In this document: positions 56,306-64,000 of the stretch, piece after piece
Layout: each line of letters starts with the position of its first letter
Numbering within the stretch: position 1 is the first letter of the stretch
Assembly (NCBI GenBank): GCA_003056285.1
Contig: NDWU01000001.1
Span: 37,236 to 101,235 of the forward strand
Length of the DNA stretch: 64,000 nt
From: Candidatus Terraquivivens tikiterensis
GTDB lineage: Archaea; Thermoproteota; Nitrososphaeria_A; Caldarchaeales; Wolframiiraptoraceae
Reading direction: 5' to 3'
Notes under the pieces: model-generated
Seen by the model: only the letters and a program-made list of their open reading frames with translations
The model's database searches: none
What the model was told of the DNA's origin: nothing
Position numbers and translations under genes: made by a program

Positions 56306-57982
56306 TTGGACGAGGGTAGGCTGAAGCATAGGAGCTGGCGTGTGTCAAAAGGCGTGGACAGGGCTCCGCACAGGGCGTTGCTTAAGGCCGTGGGCCTCAC
56401 GGACGAGGAGATCTCGAGGCCGTTTGTGGCCGTCGCAAACAGCTGGAACGAGATTGTGCCTGGGCACGTGCACCTAAGGGAGCTGGCCGAGAGGGTGAAG
56501 GTAGGCGTTAGGCGCGCGGGTGGTATGCCTTTCGAGTTTAACACGATAGCGATATGCGACGGCATAGCTATGGCGCACGATGGTATGAGGTCATCCCTTC
56601 CGAGCCGTGATATAATAGCTGACTCCGTGGAGCTGATGGTCACGGCCCATCAGTACGATGCCGTTGTGGCGATCGCCAGCTGCGACAAGATAGAGCCGGG
56701 CATGATGATGGCATTGGCGAGGCTAAACCTCCCGTCGATCTTCATAAACGGCGGCCCGATGCTGATGGGCGAGGGCGGCGGTAGACGGCTTGCGATCGGT
56801 AACGTCTTCGAGGCTTTGGGTGCCTACCACAAGGGTGAGCTTACGCTCGAAGAGCTTTGCGTCGTGGAGAGCTTTGCGTGCCCAGGGCCCGGCTCCTGTG
56901 CCGGCCTTTACACGGCCAACACGATGGCCGTGCTGATAGAGGCCTTGGGGATGAGCCTGCCGGGTAGCTCCACGATACCGGCCGTGGACGTGAGGAGGCT
57001 GTACGTGGCCGAGAAGGCCGGTGAGGCTGTCATGAAGGCCCTCGAGACCGACCTGAAGCCCAGCGACATCATGACCTACGAGGCGTTCAGGAACGCCATA
57101 GCCGTCGACGCCGCGATAGGTGGCTCTACGAACGCCGTGCTACACCTGATGGCCATAGCCAAAGAGCTCGACCTGAGGCTGACGCTCGATGATTTTGACG
57201 AGGTAAGCAGAAGGACGCCGCAGCTCGTAGAGCTGATACCAGGGGGGAACTACTCCATGCAGGATTTGGACATGGCCGGCGGCGTTCCGGCCATAATGAA
57301 GAAGCTCCTCGACGCTGGCTTGATCGATGGATCCGTCGTTACCATAACTGGCAAGACGCTGGCGGAGAACCTTAGGGATTTCGCGTACCCTAAGGACACG
57401 GGGGTCGTAAGGTCCGTCGAGAACCCAGTACGCCCTACGGGGGGTATAGTGATCCTTAGAGGGAACTTGGCACCTGAGGGTGCCGTCTTAAAGGTTTCTG
57501 GTGTAAAGAGGCTCAAGCACGAAGGGCCAGCAAGGGTCTTCGATTGTGAGGAGGATGCTTACGAGGCGGTTAAGCGCGGAAGCATCGAGGAGGGCGACGT
57601 GGTCGTGATAAGGTACGAAGGGCCAAAGGGGGGTCCGGGCATGAGGGAGATGCTGAGCGTCACGTCAGGGATAGTAGGAAGGGGCATGGGAGAGTCCGTG
57701 GCCTTGGTAACGGACGGCAGGTTCTCGGGCGCTACAAGGGGCCTGATGGTTGGGCACGTTTCCCCAGAAGCCTTCGAAGGAGGGCCGATAGCCGTGATCA
57801 AGGATGGCGACTGGATAAAGGTAGATGCTGAGCAGAAGAGGCTTGACGTCTTGCTGGATTGGGAGGAGATAAAGAGAAGGCTTGCGTCTTGGAATAGGCC
57901 GGCGCCCAAGTACAATAAGGGAGTCTTGGCAAGGTACGCGAAGTACGCATCCTCTGCATCTGAGGGCGCAGTATTCAAATAG
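56306..57982 (+). CDS. ilvD: Dihydroxy-acid dehydratase
   Basis: ILVD/EDD family: Fe-S cysteine contexts (..CDGIAMAHDGM.., ..ASCDKIEPG.., ..CPGPGSCAG..); 558 aa. Confidence 0.9.
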   Translation: MDEGRLKHRSWRVSKGVDRAPHRALLKAVGLTDEEISRPFVAVANSWNEIVPGHVHLRELAERVKVGVRRAGGMPFEFNTIAICDGIAMAHDGMRSSLPSRDIIADSVELMVTAHQYDAVVAIASCDKIEPGMMMALARLNLPSIFINGGPMLMGEGGGRRLAIGNVFEALGAYHKGELTLEELCVVESFACPGPGSCAGLYTANTMAVLIEALGMSLPGSSTIPAVDVRRLYVAEKAGEAVMKALETDLKPSDIMTYEAFRNAIAVDAAIGGSTNAVLHLMAIAKELDLRLTLDDFDEVSRRTPQLVELIPGGNYSMQDLDMAGGVPAIMKKLLDAGLIDGSVVTITGKTLAENLRDFAYPKDTGVVRSVENPVRPTGGIVILRGNLAPEGAVLKVSGVKRLKHEGPARVFDCEEDAYEAVKRGSIEEGDVVVIRYEGPKGGPGMREMLSVTSGIVGRGMGESVALVTDGRFSGATRGLMVGHVSPEAFEGGPIAVIKDGDWIKVDAEQKRLDVLLDWEEIKRRLASWNRPAPKYNKGVLARYAKYASSASEGAVFK

Positions 57983-58049
57983 CGATGTTCCTGCATTTTT
58001 ATCTAAGTTTTGTAATTTTTCCGTAAAACTTTTATATACATTGTAGCTC

Positions 58050-59522
58050 ATGATGTTTTTGAGGGGGTTAAGTTATATGCCAAAGTTTGTAACCCCGCCC
58101 GAAGAAGTAAATTGGGAAGAACTAATAGAGATGGATAAGAAGTACTTTCTGAGACCCATATCGACAGCGAAGGAGTATTCTCCGTTACCCATAGCGAGAA
58201 CAGAGGGGCCCTATCTGGTAACCTCAGAAGACGTAAAGATTCTAGACTTCATGTCGGTTCTGCACTGCGCGAACGCAGGCGCTTATCATCCCAAGATAGC
58301 CCAAGCGATAAAGGAATACGCCGATTACTTCGGCTACCTGTACGAGGGCGGGTTCTTGGAGCAGATGAGGCCGAAGGTCTGCAAATTCCTTATAGAAGAG
58401 GCCTTCAAGGGAGATATGGCCAGGGTCGGCTTTGGGAACAGCGGAAGCGAGGCAGTCGAGTACGCCCTGATGATAGCTAGGGTGTACACGGGCAGGCCTT
58501 ACGTCGTTACAAGATGGTACGATTACCACGGCTGGACTGCCGGTGCCGTGGCTAACACGATAATACCGTATCTGAGGGACTTGGCGATAAAGCCTACGAA
58601 GCCGGGAGAGGTGCCAGAGATTAAGACACCGGTCGGCGGCATACTCCCTTACACCGCGATAGCTCCGCCGCCATACTGTTACCGATGCCCCATAGGACAT
58701 ACGTACCCTGACTGCAAGGATAGGAAAGGGATGTTAGCCTGCATCAACGCACTCAAGGAGTTGATACTGGCCTATCAACCATACGTGGCGGCGGTCATAA
58801 CAGAGGTTGTGCAGGGAAGTTGTGGGGTGTTCGCTCCGCCGCCCGAATACAACCCACAGCTAAGACAGATAACGAAGGAGCTCGGCGTGCTTTGGATAGA
58901 CGACGAGGTCATCTGCGGCTTTGGAAGGACGGGGCCATGGTTCGGGTACCAGAACTGGGACATAAAGCCTGACATCGTTACCTTCGCTAAAGGTATCACG
59001 AGCTCCCACATCCCCGTAGGGGGAGTAGCCGTAAGCCCGGAGATAGCCAAGTGGTTCGACGAGAGAAAGTGGTGGCACGCAAGCACGTTCGCATCCCATC
59101 CGCTCGGCATGGCCGCTGCCTACGCAACGTTGACGGTGTACAAGGAGGAGAAGCTCATACCAGACCATGCGAAGAAGATCGGTAAGAGGCTCGAGGATGG
59201 CCTCAAGGGCATCGAGGACAGGCACAAGTCCGTAGGAAACGTGAGCGGCATGGGACTCATATGGGGCATAGAGCTGGTAAAGAACAAGGAGACGAAGGAG
59301 CCGATACTCCCGCAGGATAGGTTCTACTTCTGGCACGAGGAAGGTGTCAAGATACCGAGCAAGGTCGTGGCCGTCAAGTGTATCGAGAGGAGGTTGTTGG
59401 TCTCGACGTTCGCAGCCAACAACATAACGCTGATGCCGTCCCTCGTCGTGACAGAAGACGACGTGGACAAGGCTATCGATATACTGGACAAAGCGATCGA
59501 AGAAGTTGACAAAATGATATAA
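58050..59522 (+). CDS. Class III (omega) aminotransferase, PLP-dependent
   Basis: Signature ..DEVICGFGRTGPWFGYQ.. and ..TFAKGITSSH.. (Schiff-base Lys region); 490 aa. Confidence 0.8.
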   Translation: MMFLRGLSYMPKFVTPPEEVNWEELIEMDKKYFLRPISTAKEYSPLPIARTEGPYLVTSEDVKILDFMSVLHCANAGAYHPKIAQAIKEYADYFGYLYEGGFLEQMRPKVCKFLIEEAFKGDMARVGFGNSGSEAVEYALMIARVYTGRPYVVTRWYDYHGWTAGAVANTIIPYLRDLAIKPTKPGEVPEIKTPVGGILPYTAIAPPPYCYRCPIGHTYPDCKDRKGMLACINALKELILAYQPYVAAVITEVVQGSCGVFAPPPEYNPQLRQITKELGVLWIDDEVICGFGRTGPWFGYQNWDIKPDIVTFAKGITSSHIPVGGVAVSPEIAKWFDERKWWHASTFASHPLGMAAAYATLTVYKEEKLIPDHAKKIGKRLEDGLKGIEDRHKSVGNVSGMGLIWGIELVKNKETKEPILPQDRFYFWHEEGVKIPSKVVAVKCIERRLLVSTFAANNITLMPSLVVTEDDVDKAIDILDKAIEEVDKMI

Positions 59523-59557
59523 ATACTCCAAAACAAACCCATTTTTTGTGAGCGCGT

Positions 59558-60718
59558 ATGCGCATACTCGTCCTAGGCGGAGCAGGGACGATAGGTTCTG
59601 AGGTAGCAGAGCATCTAGTGAAATACCAAGATGTGGAAGAAGTAATCCTAGGAGACATACTCGTGGACAAGGCCGAGAAGATAGCCAGCAAAATTAAGAG
59701 GGCCAAAGCTCTGAAGGTGGACGTTACGGACCGTCCCTCTCTAATTGCCCAAATGCAGAAGGCAGACGTCGTCGTAGGCTGCGTAGGGCCCTACTACAAA
59801 TTTGGCGTCCCAATAGTGAAGGCAGCAGTCGAAGCCGGCGTCAACTTCGTAGACATAATGGATGACCCGCTACCAACCAAGGAGGTTCTTGAGGACAAAG
59901 CGTTGTTCGAGGAGGCAAGGAGGAAAAACATCAGCGTCGTTATAGGCCTTGGATCGACGCCCGGTCTTTCGAATGTCCTTGCAAGGTATGGTGCATCTAA
60001 GCTTGACGAGGTTGAGAACATAGACGTCTCTTGGATTTTCACGACGGCGGCCGGCGTTGCCTCTGAAGCTGTTACTGCACACATGTTTAACGTTACCAGC
60101 GGAAAGGTGCTAACCTACGAGAACGGGGATTGGAAGGAGGTTACGCCCCTGCTTGACGGAAAGGAAGTTCAGGACTTTCTCGAGCTGGGCAACGTAGAGG
60201 TATACCACATAGGGCACCCGGAGCCCGTTACGATCCCTAGATATATCAAGGCGAAAAACGTAACGTGCAAGGCTGGAATGGTACCCGGAGAGGTCGTAGA
60301 GATCTACAGGATGCTGAACAGGTTACGCCTTACCCAACTCGAGGCCATAAACGTGAAGGGAGTAAAGGTATCGCCAAGGGACTTCATCATGGCGCGCTTC
60401 GCATCGTTCCCGATGGATGTCGCGATGGAGCTTTTCAAGTTCGATGCCGCAGAGCCCTTGTTCGAGATGAGGGTGGCGGTCAGCGGAAAGAAGGACGGAA
60501 ATCCGACGAAGTACGTATACAAATTCTCCGACGTTGGACACGAGTTTGCCACAGCAATATCGGCCGTAATAGGCGCTATTATGCTGGGACGTGGTCAAGT
60601 GAAAGCGAAGGGCGTCTTCGCCCCAGAAGGCTGCATAGACCCGGAGGTTTTCCTGAAAGAAATTAAAGAGAATGGTGTTAGGATACAGGAATCGTACCAA
60701 ACATCAGCAGAACTCTGA
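59558..60718 (+). CDS. Saccharopine dehydrogenase-like NAD(P)-binding oxidoreductase
   Basis: N-terminal Rossmann MRILVLGGAGTIGSEVAEHL and saccharopine-DH-family layout. Confidence 0.7.
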   Translation: MRILVLGGAGTIGSEVAEHLVKYQDVEEVILGDILVDKAEKIASKIKRAKALKVDVTDRPSLIAQMQKADVVVGCVGPYYKFGVPIVKAAVEAGVNFVDIMDDPLPTKEVLEDKALFEEARRKNISVVIGLGSTPGLSNVLARYGASKLDEVENIDVSWIFTTAAGVASEAVTAHMFNVTSGKVLTYENGDWKEVTPLLDGKEVQDFLELGNVEVYHIGHPEPVTIPRYIKAKNVTCKAGMVPGEVVEIYRMLNRLRLTQLEAINVKGVKVSPRDFIMARFASFPMDVAMELFKFDAAEPLFEMRVAVSGKKDGNPTKYVYKFSDVGHEFATAISAVIGAIMLGRGQVKAKGVFAPEGCIDPEVFLKEIKENGVRIQESYQTSAEL

Positions 60719-60720
60719 GG

Positions 60721-61017
60721 CTACTCCGACTCGGCCTTCTCCCTAGGCTCTGCTACGATGAGCGCCTCTCCCTCCGGTATCTTAAACTCAACCATTTTAT
60801 TTTTGTTTATGAACGCATAACCTCTCTGCGCTTCAGCAGAATATATGACGTTTGCCTTAAAAAGTAGCTCGCCCTCGTACACTACCTCTACCAGCTCCTT
60901 TTCGGGCACTTTAAGCAGGGCCAAGTACTTATTGTTTATCTTGACGGAGTCGGGCGGTACGTTTTCGTCACCTTTCGCCTTAAGCCATACAAACTTTTGA
61001 CCTGGTAGAACGCCCAT
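60721..61017 (-). CDS. Hypothetical protein, 98 aa
   Basis: Compact ORF with plausible composition. No family was recognised. Confidence 0.3.
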   Translation of the reverse strand: MGVLPGQKFVWLKAKGDENVPPDSVKINNKYLALLKVPEKELVEVVYEGELLFKANVIYSAEAQRGYAFINKNKMVEFKIPEGEALIVAEPREKAESE

Positions 61018-61132
61018 AACACATGCACCTGCTTATCGGTATACTCCTGTTTACTCACTAATAAGTTTGTTTGAATTTTTGTAAATGTTTATTATTTTTC
61101 CTAAAAATCCAGCTTAGCTGGTTGGTGTAGTT

Positions 61133-61978
61133 TTGGTCAAAGTGGCCGCCATACAGGCTAAACCATCAGGCGGGCTCTTTACTGAGAAGAACCTGCCGAG
61201 GGCTCTGGAGTTGCTTGAGAACGTAGCAAGGATGGACGTAGACATAGCAGCATTCCCGGAAGGGTACCCTTCGACTGGAGAGGGGGAGCTCTGCAGAAAG
61301 GCCCGCGATATAGGCTCTTACGTCATAGCCACGATTCTCCAAAAAACACAGCCCCACAGGTACAGGAGTACGTGCATACTCATAAGCCCTGAGGGTGAGG
61401 TGATAGGCAGGCAGGGCAAGACCACGCTTCTATGGATGTTCGAAGAAGGGCTATTCGAATCCGTGGATTCTCTACCGTTACACGATACGGCTCACGGCAA
61501 AGTAGGTATCCTGAGGTGTTCCGAGATAATTTACCCAGAGCCCATGGCTATGCTGACGATGAAAGGAGCCGATATCGTATTCGTCGTTTCAAACTGGAAC
61601 GCGAACGTTGTACATCTTTGGCACCGTATAATTTTAGTCCGCTCTTGGGAGAACTGGATGCCCATAGTAGGCGTTAACACGGCCGAATGGGTTAAGCCGC
61701 AACTAGTGTATGCCGGGTTTGAGTTGGAGCCGAGGTATGGAGGGCACAGCATCATCGTCGTACCCGAGGACCTTGCAAGCATGGACGAGTTCATCGTCAG
61801 GCCATACAGCGGTGAAAGCATGTTCACGGAAGAAAGGCTGATACGCGCTAAAGCGGGTAAGGACGAGGAGATATTGGTTGCGAACATTGAGTTGAAGCGT
61901 TATTCCCACTTCAGGTGGAACGTCTTCTTCAGGAACAGAAAGTTAAAATTCAACGTATCCGAAAAAAGTTTCGGATAG
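61133..61978 (+). CDS. Carbon-nitrogen hydrolase (nitrilase superfamily)
   Basis: CN-hydrolase E-K-C context: ..AAFPEG.. (Glu), ..ILRCSE.. (Cys), and the family layout. Confidence 0.75.
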   Translation: MVKVAAIQAKPSGGLFTEKNLPRALELLENVARMDVDIAAFPEGYPSTGEGELCRKARDIGSYVIATILQKTQPHRYRSTCILISPEGEVIGRQGKTTLLWMFEEGLFESVDSLPLHDTAHGKVGILRCSEIIYPEPMAMLTMKGADIVFVVSNWNANVVHLWHRIILVRSWENWMPIVGVNTAEWVKPQLVYAGFELEPRYGGHSIIVVPEDLASMDEFIVRPYSGESMFTEERLIRAKAGKDEEILVANIELKRYSHFRWNVFFRNRKLKFNVSEKSFG

Positions 61979-62850
61979 AAGGCAGGTTTTGTGCCGTGCC
62001 TAGGGTATACGTGCCCCATCCGAAGTATCCTACAGTATCCATAACCGGCAGTTGGTGCGGGTTGGGATGCGACTATTGCCGTAGGCTTGTCTTGAGGGCG
62101 ATGGTGCAGGTGGAGAACCCCAGCAGGTTTCAGTCCTTTTGCAAGAGGTTAAAGGAAAGGGGCGGTATAGGGTGCCTAATCAGCGGCGGGTTCACTAAAG
62201 AAGGTAAGCTTCCGTTTGAGCCGTACCTCGATGCCATAAGGTGGGCGAAGAGGGAGCTGGGCTTAACGCTCAGCATACACCCGGGCATTCTGGATAAAGA
62301 CGGCGCAACCCAGCTAAGGGACTCCGGGATAGACGTAGCAGAGTTCTACGTCGTTCTCAGCGAGAACGTTCTGAAAAGCGTCATGCATACCAAACTTAGC
62401 AGGAACGACGTCATGAAGGCGCTCGATACGATTTATGCTCATGGACCACGCTACATCTCGCCGCACATAACGGTAGGCTCGGATTACGGTAAGGTTTCTT
62501 GGGAATACGAGGCTATCGACGCGTTGAGGGATTATGACCCTTATGTCCTGATATTCTTGGTACTGGTGCCCATGGAAGGTACGCCCATGGCACGTGTTGA
62601 ACCGCCGCCCATCAGCGATCTGCTGAACCTCTTCGCTGCTGCCAGGAAAAAGCTAGAGAATACGGAGCTTGCGCTGGGTTGCATGAGGGTTAGGGGCAAG
62701 TATACGCAGACCCTCGAAAGCGAGCTAATACGTAGGGGTTTGGTTGACAGGATCACCATACCCTACGTACCAGTCCCGGGACCTACGATCGAGGCATGCT
62801 GCTCCCTTCCAGATAGCATCGCGGCAAATCTACGCAAAGATAAAAAATAG
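61915..62850 (+). CDS. Radical SAM domain protein of unknown function
   Basis: CGLGCDYC (Cx3Cx2C) cluster motif. The start is probably the in-frame GTG near 61995, which would avoid the overlap with the upstream gene. Confidence 0.65.
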   Translation: MERLLQEQKVKIQRIRKKFRIEGRFCAVPRVYVPHPKYPTVSITGSWCGLGCDYCRRLVLRAMVQVENPSRFQSFCKRLKERGGIGCLISGGFTKEGKLPFEPYLDAIRWAKRELGLTLSIHPGILDKDGATQLRDSGIDVAEFYVVLSENVLKSVMHTKLSRNDVMKALDTIYAHGPRYISPHITVGSDYGKVSWEYEAIDALRDYDPYVLIFLVLVPMEGTPMARVEPPPISDLLNLFAAARKKLENTELALGCMRVRGKYTQTLESELIRRGLVDRITIPYVPVPGPTIEACCSLPDSIAANLRKDKK

Positions 62851-62867
62851 TGTAGAGTTTGTTTCCC

Positions 62868-63956
62868 CTACTTCTCTTTGAAGTAGGGCAGCACCTTCTC
62901 GCCTAGGAGCTTTATCTGCTCTTCCAGCTTTCTTACGTCGCCCGTTACGTAGAGACCGATAAGGTCCTTTATGACGACGTTCTTCGCTCCTGCCTTCAGG
63001 AACTTCTCTATGCCCGCGATTACCTCATCTGCCGTGCCCACGGCTAAGAACTTCTCGGCTATTTTGTCGAGCATGGCCTCCGCGGCCTTCCTTGGGTGCT
63101 CTACGACCTCCTCGACGGGAGGCGCCCTCTGGTAGGAGTAGTCCATGGTCTCGGGTATAGGCACCTCAAACCCAAGCTCTTTCAGGGTTTTTCTATGCGT
63201 CAGCATTATGATCTCCGGCTTTATCGCATCGACCGCGGCCTTTCTCATGCTCGGGTCGTCCGTTACGGCGGTGTAGATGAAGGCGATTTTATCTATGGCC
63301 TCGAAGTCCCTTCCTGCCTTCTTCGCGGCATCCTTTATTATCTCCAGCCTTTTCTGGTAGAGTTCTGGGGTAGAGAGCCAAGGCTTCCAGCCATCAGCGA
63401 CCTCTCCTACTAACCTGAGAGACCTAGGCGAACCTAATGCGCCTACGTAAATGGGCGGCGCAGGCTTCTGCACAGGAACCTGGTCTATCCAAGCGTTCTT
63501 CAACCTGTAAAACCTTCCCTCGAAATTGACAGGGTTTGCCCTGCTCGACTTCCACGAAAGCCTGATCACCTCGATGGCCTCCTTTAACCTCGAAACCCTC
63601 GTTTCAGGGTCCTCCCACGGCATACCATAGGCTACTATGTTCATCGCCTCACCGGCTCCAAGCCCAAGTATTACCCTACCTCCCGTCAATTCGTCGAGCG
63701 TTGCCGCGATATGCGCGACCTTTGTCGGGTGTGCCCTGATCACGTCCGTCACGTCTGTCGCTAGCCTCATGTTCTTCGTCTGTACGCCTATCGCTGTGAG
63801 CGTTACCCACGGGTCAACCTTGTCGCCCGAGGGCGGCATATCCGTGTAGTGGTCCGGAACCCATGCGGATGTGAAGCCATACTTTTCGGCGAATACACCT
63901 GCGTGCACAAGGTCGGCCACGGGCAAAACGGTCAGATGTAGCCCAAACTTTACCAT
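62868..63956 (-). CDS. LLM-class flavin/F420-dependent oxidoreductase (luciferase-like)
   Basis: Luciferase-like monooxygenase TIM-barrel blocks (..GFTSAWVPDHY.., ..LGLGAGE..). Confidence 0.8.
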   Translation of the reverse strand: MVKFGLHLTVLPVADLVHAGVFAEKYGFTSAWVPDHYTDMPPSGDKVDPWVTLTAIGVQTKNMRLATDVTDVIRAHPTKVAHIAATLDELTGGRVILGLGAGEAMNIVAYGMPWEDPETRVSRLKEAIEVIRLSWKSSRANPVNFEGRFYRLKNAWIDQVPVQKPAPPIYVGALGSPRSLRLVGEVADGWKPWLSTPELYQKRLEIIKDAAKKAGRDFEAIDKIAFIYTAVTDDPSMRKAAVDAIKPEIIMLTHRKTLKELGFEVPIPETMDYSYQRAPPVEEVVEHPRKAAEAMLDKIAEKFLAVGTADEVIAGIEKFLKAGAKNVVIKDLIGLYVTGDVRKLEEQIKLLGEKVLPYFKEK

Positions 63957-64000
63957 AACGCCTCAAAGAAAAAAATCTACCGATTACCTTAATAAGACTT

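Noticed and set aside
1-64000. Search for a CRISPR array or cas genes
   Set aside because: No array of regularly spaced direct repeats of 24-40 bp and no Cas-like proteins were seen. The repeats present are dispersed single copies, not tandem.

Overview
This window looks like a GC-rich, compact archaeal chromosome segment, probably from a hyperthermophilic crenarchaeon (Thermoproteales/Thermofilum-like, a tentative call). About 60 protein genes are overwhelmingly housekeeping. I recognised the following, all by reading the supplied translations against family motifs I know; no searches were run:
- a methylcitrate-cycle set, prpB-prpD next to a citrate/2-methylcitrate synthase, and a tRNA-Met(CAT);
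- an RPA-like ssDNA-binding protein;
- a tyrosine branch: prephenate dehydrogenase plus a chorismate-mutase/aminotransferase fusion;
- anaerobic class III ribonucleotide reductase, nrdD-nrdG;
- ADP-forming acetyl-CoA synthetase, GcvH, a PDCD5-like protein, a fused PyrF-PyrE, and TldD;
- a trpEGDCFA operon with no trpB;
- homoserine kinase, thioredoxin and GGPP synthase;
- a decayed IS200/IS605 tnpB;
- rpiB and a translation/RNA-processing block: pop5, rpp30, rpl15e, prefoldin alpha, ftsY;
- LarC; sucCD, a PP1-like phosphatase and malate dehydrogenase;
- LeuCD-type dehydratase, a DHH phosphoesterase, an M20 deacylase, an AbrB-PhoU regulator and ilvD;
- a class-III aminotransferase, a saccharopine-dehydrogenase-like protein, a CN hydrolase, a radical SAM protein and an LLM oxidoreductase.
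There is no CRISPR array and no intact mobile element.
The most unusual content is non-coding. Several oversized intergenic regions carry at least three families of repeated, hairpin-rich elements:
- family A, about 115-130 nt, three copies;
- family B, about 85-160 nt, three copies. Each B copy carries a conserved motif GGCCGGAGGCYTATTCGG placed 41-42 nt upstream of a TATA-like TTTAAAAT box and points toward the downstream gene;
- family C plus short shared hairpin motifs.
Two long ORF-free stretches are candidate structured RNA genes: a 508-bp gap between convergent genes, and a promoter-equipped 360-nt segment. What these elements are (MITE-like elements, a small-RNA family or regulatory modules) cannot be settled from sequence alone.
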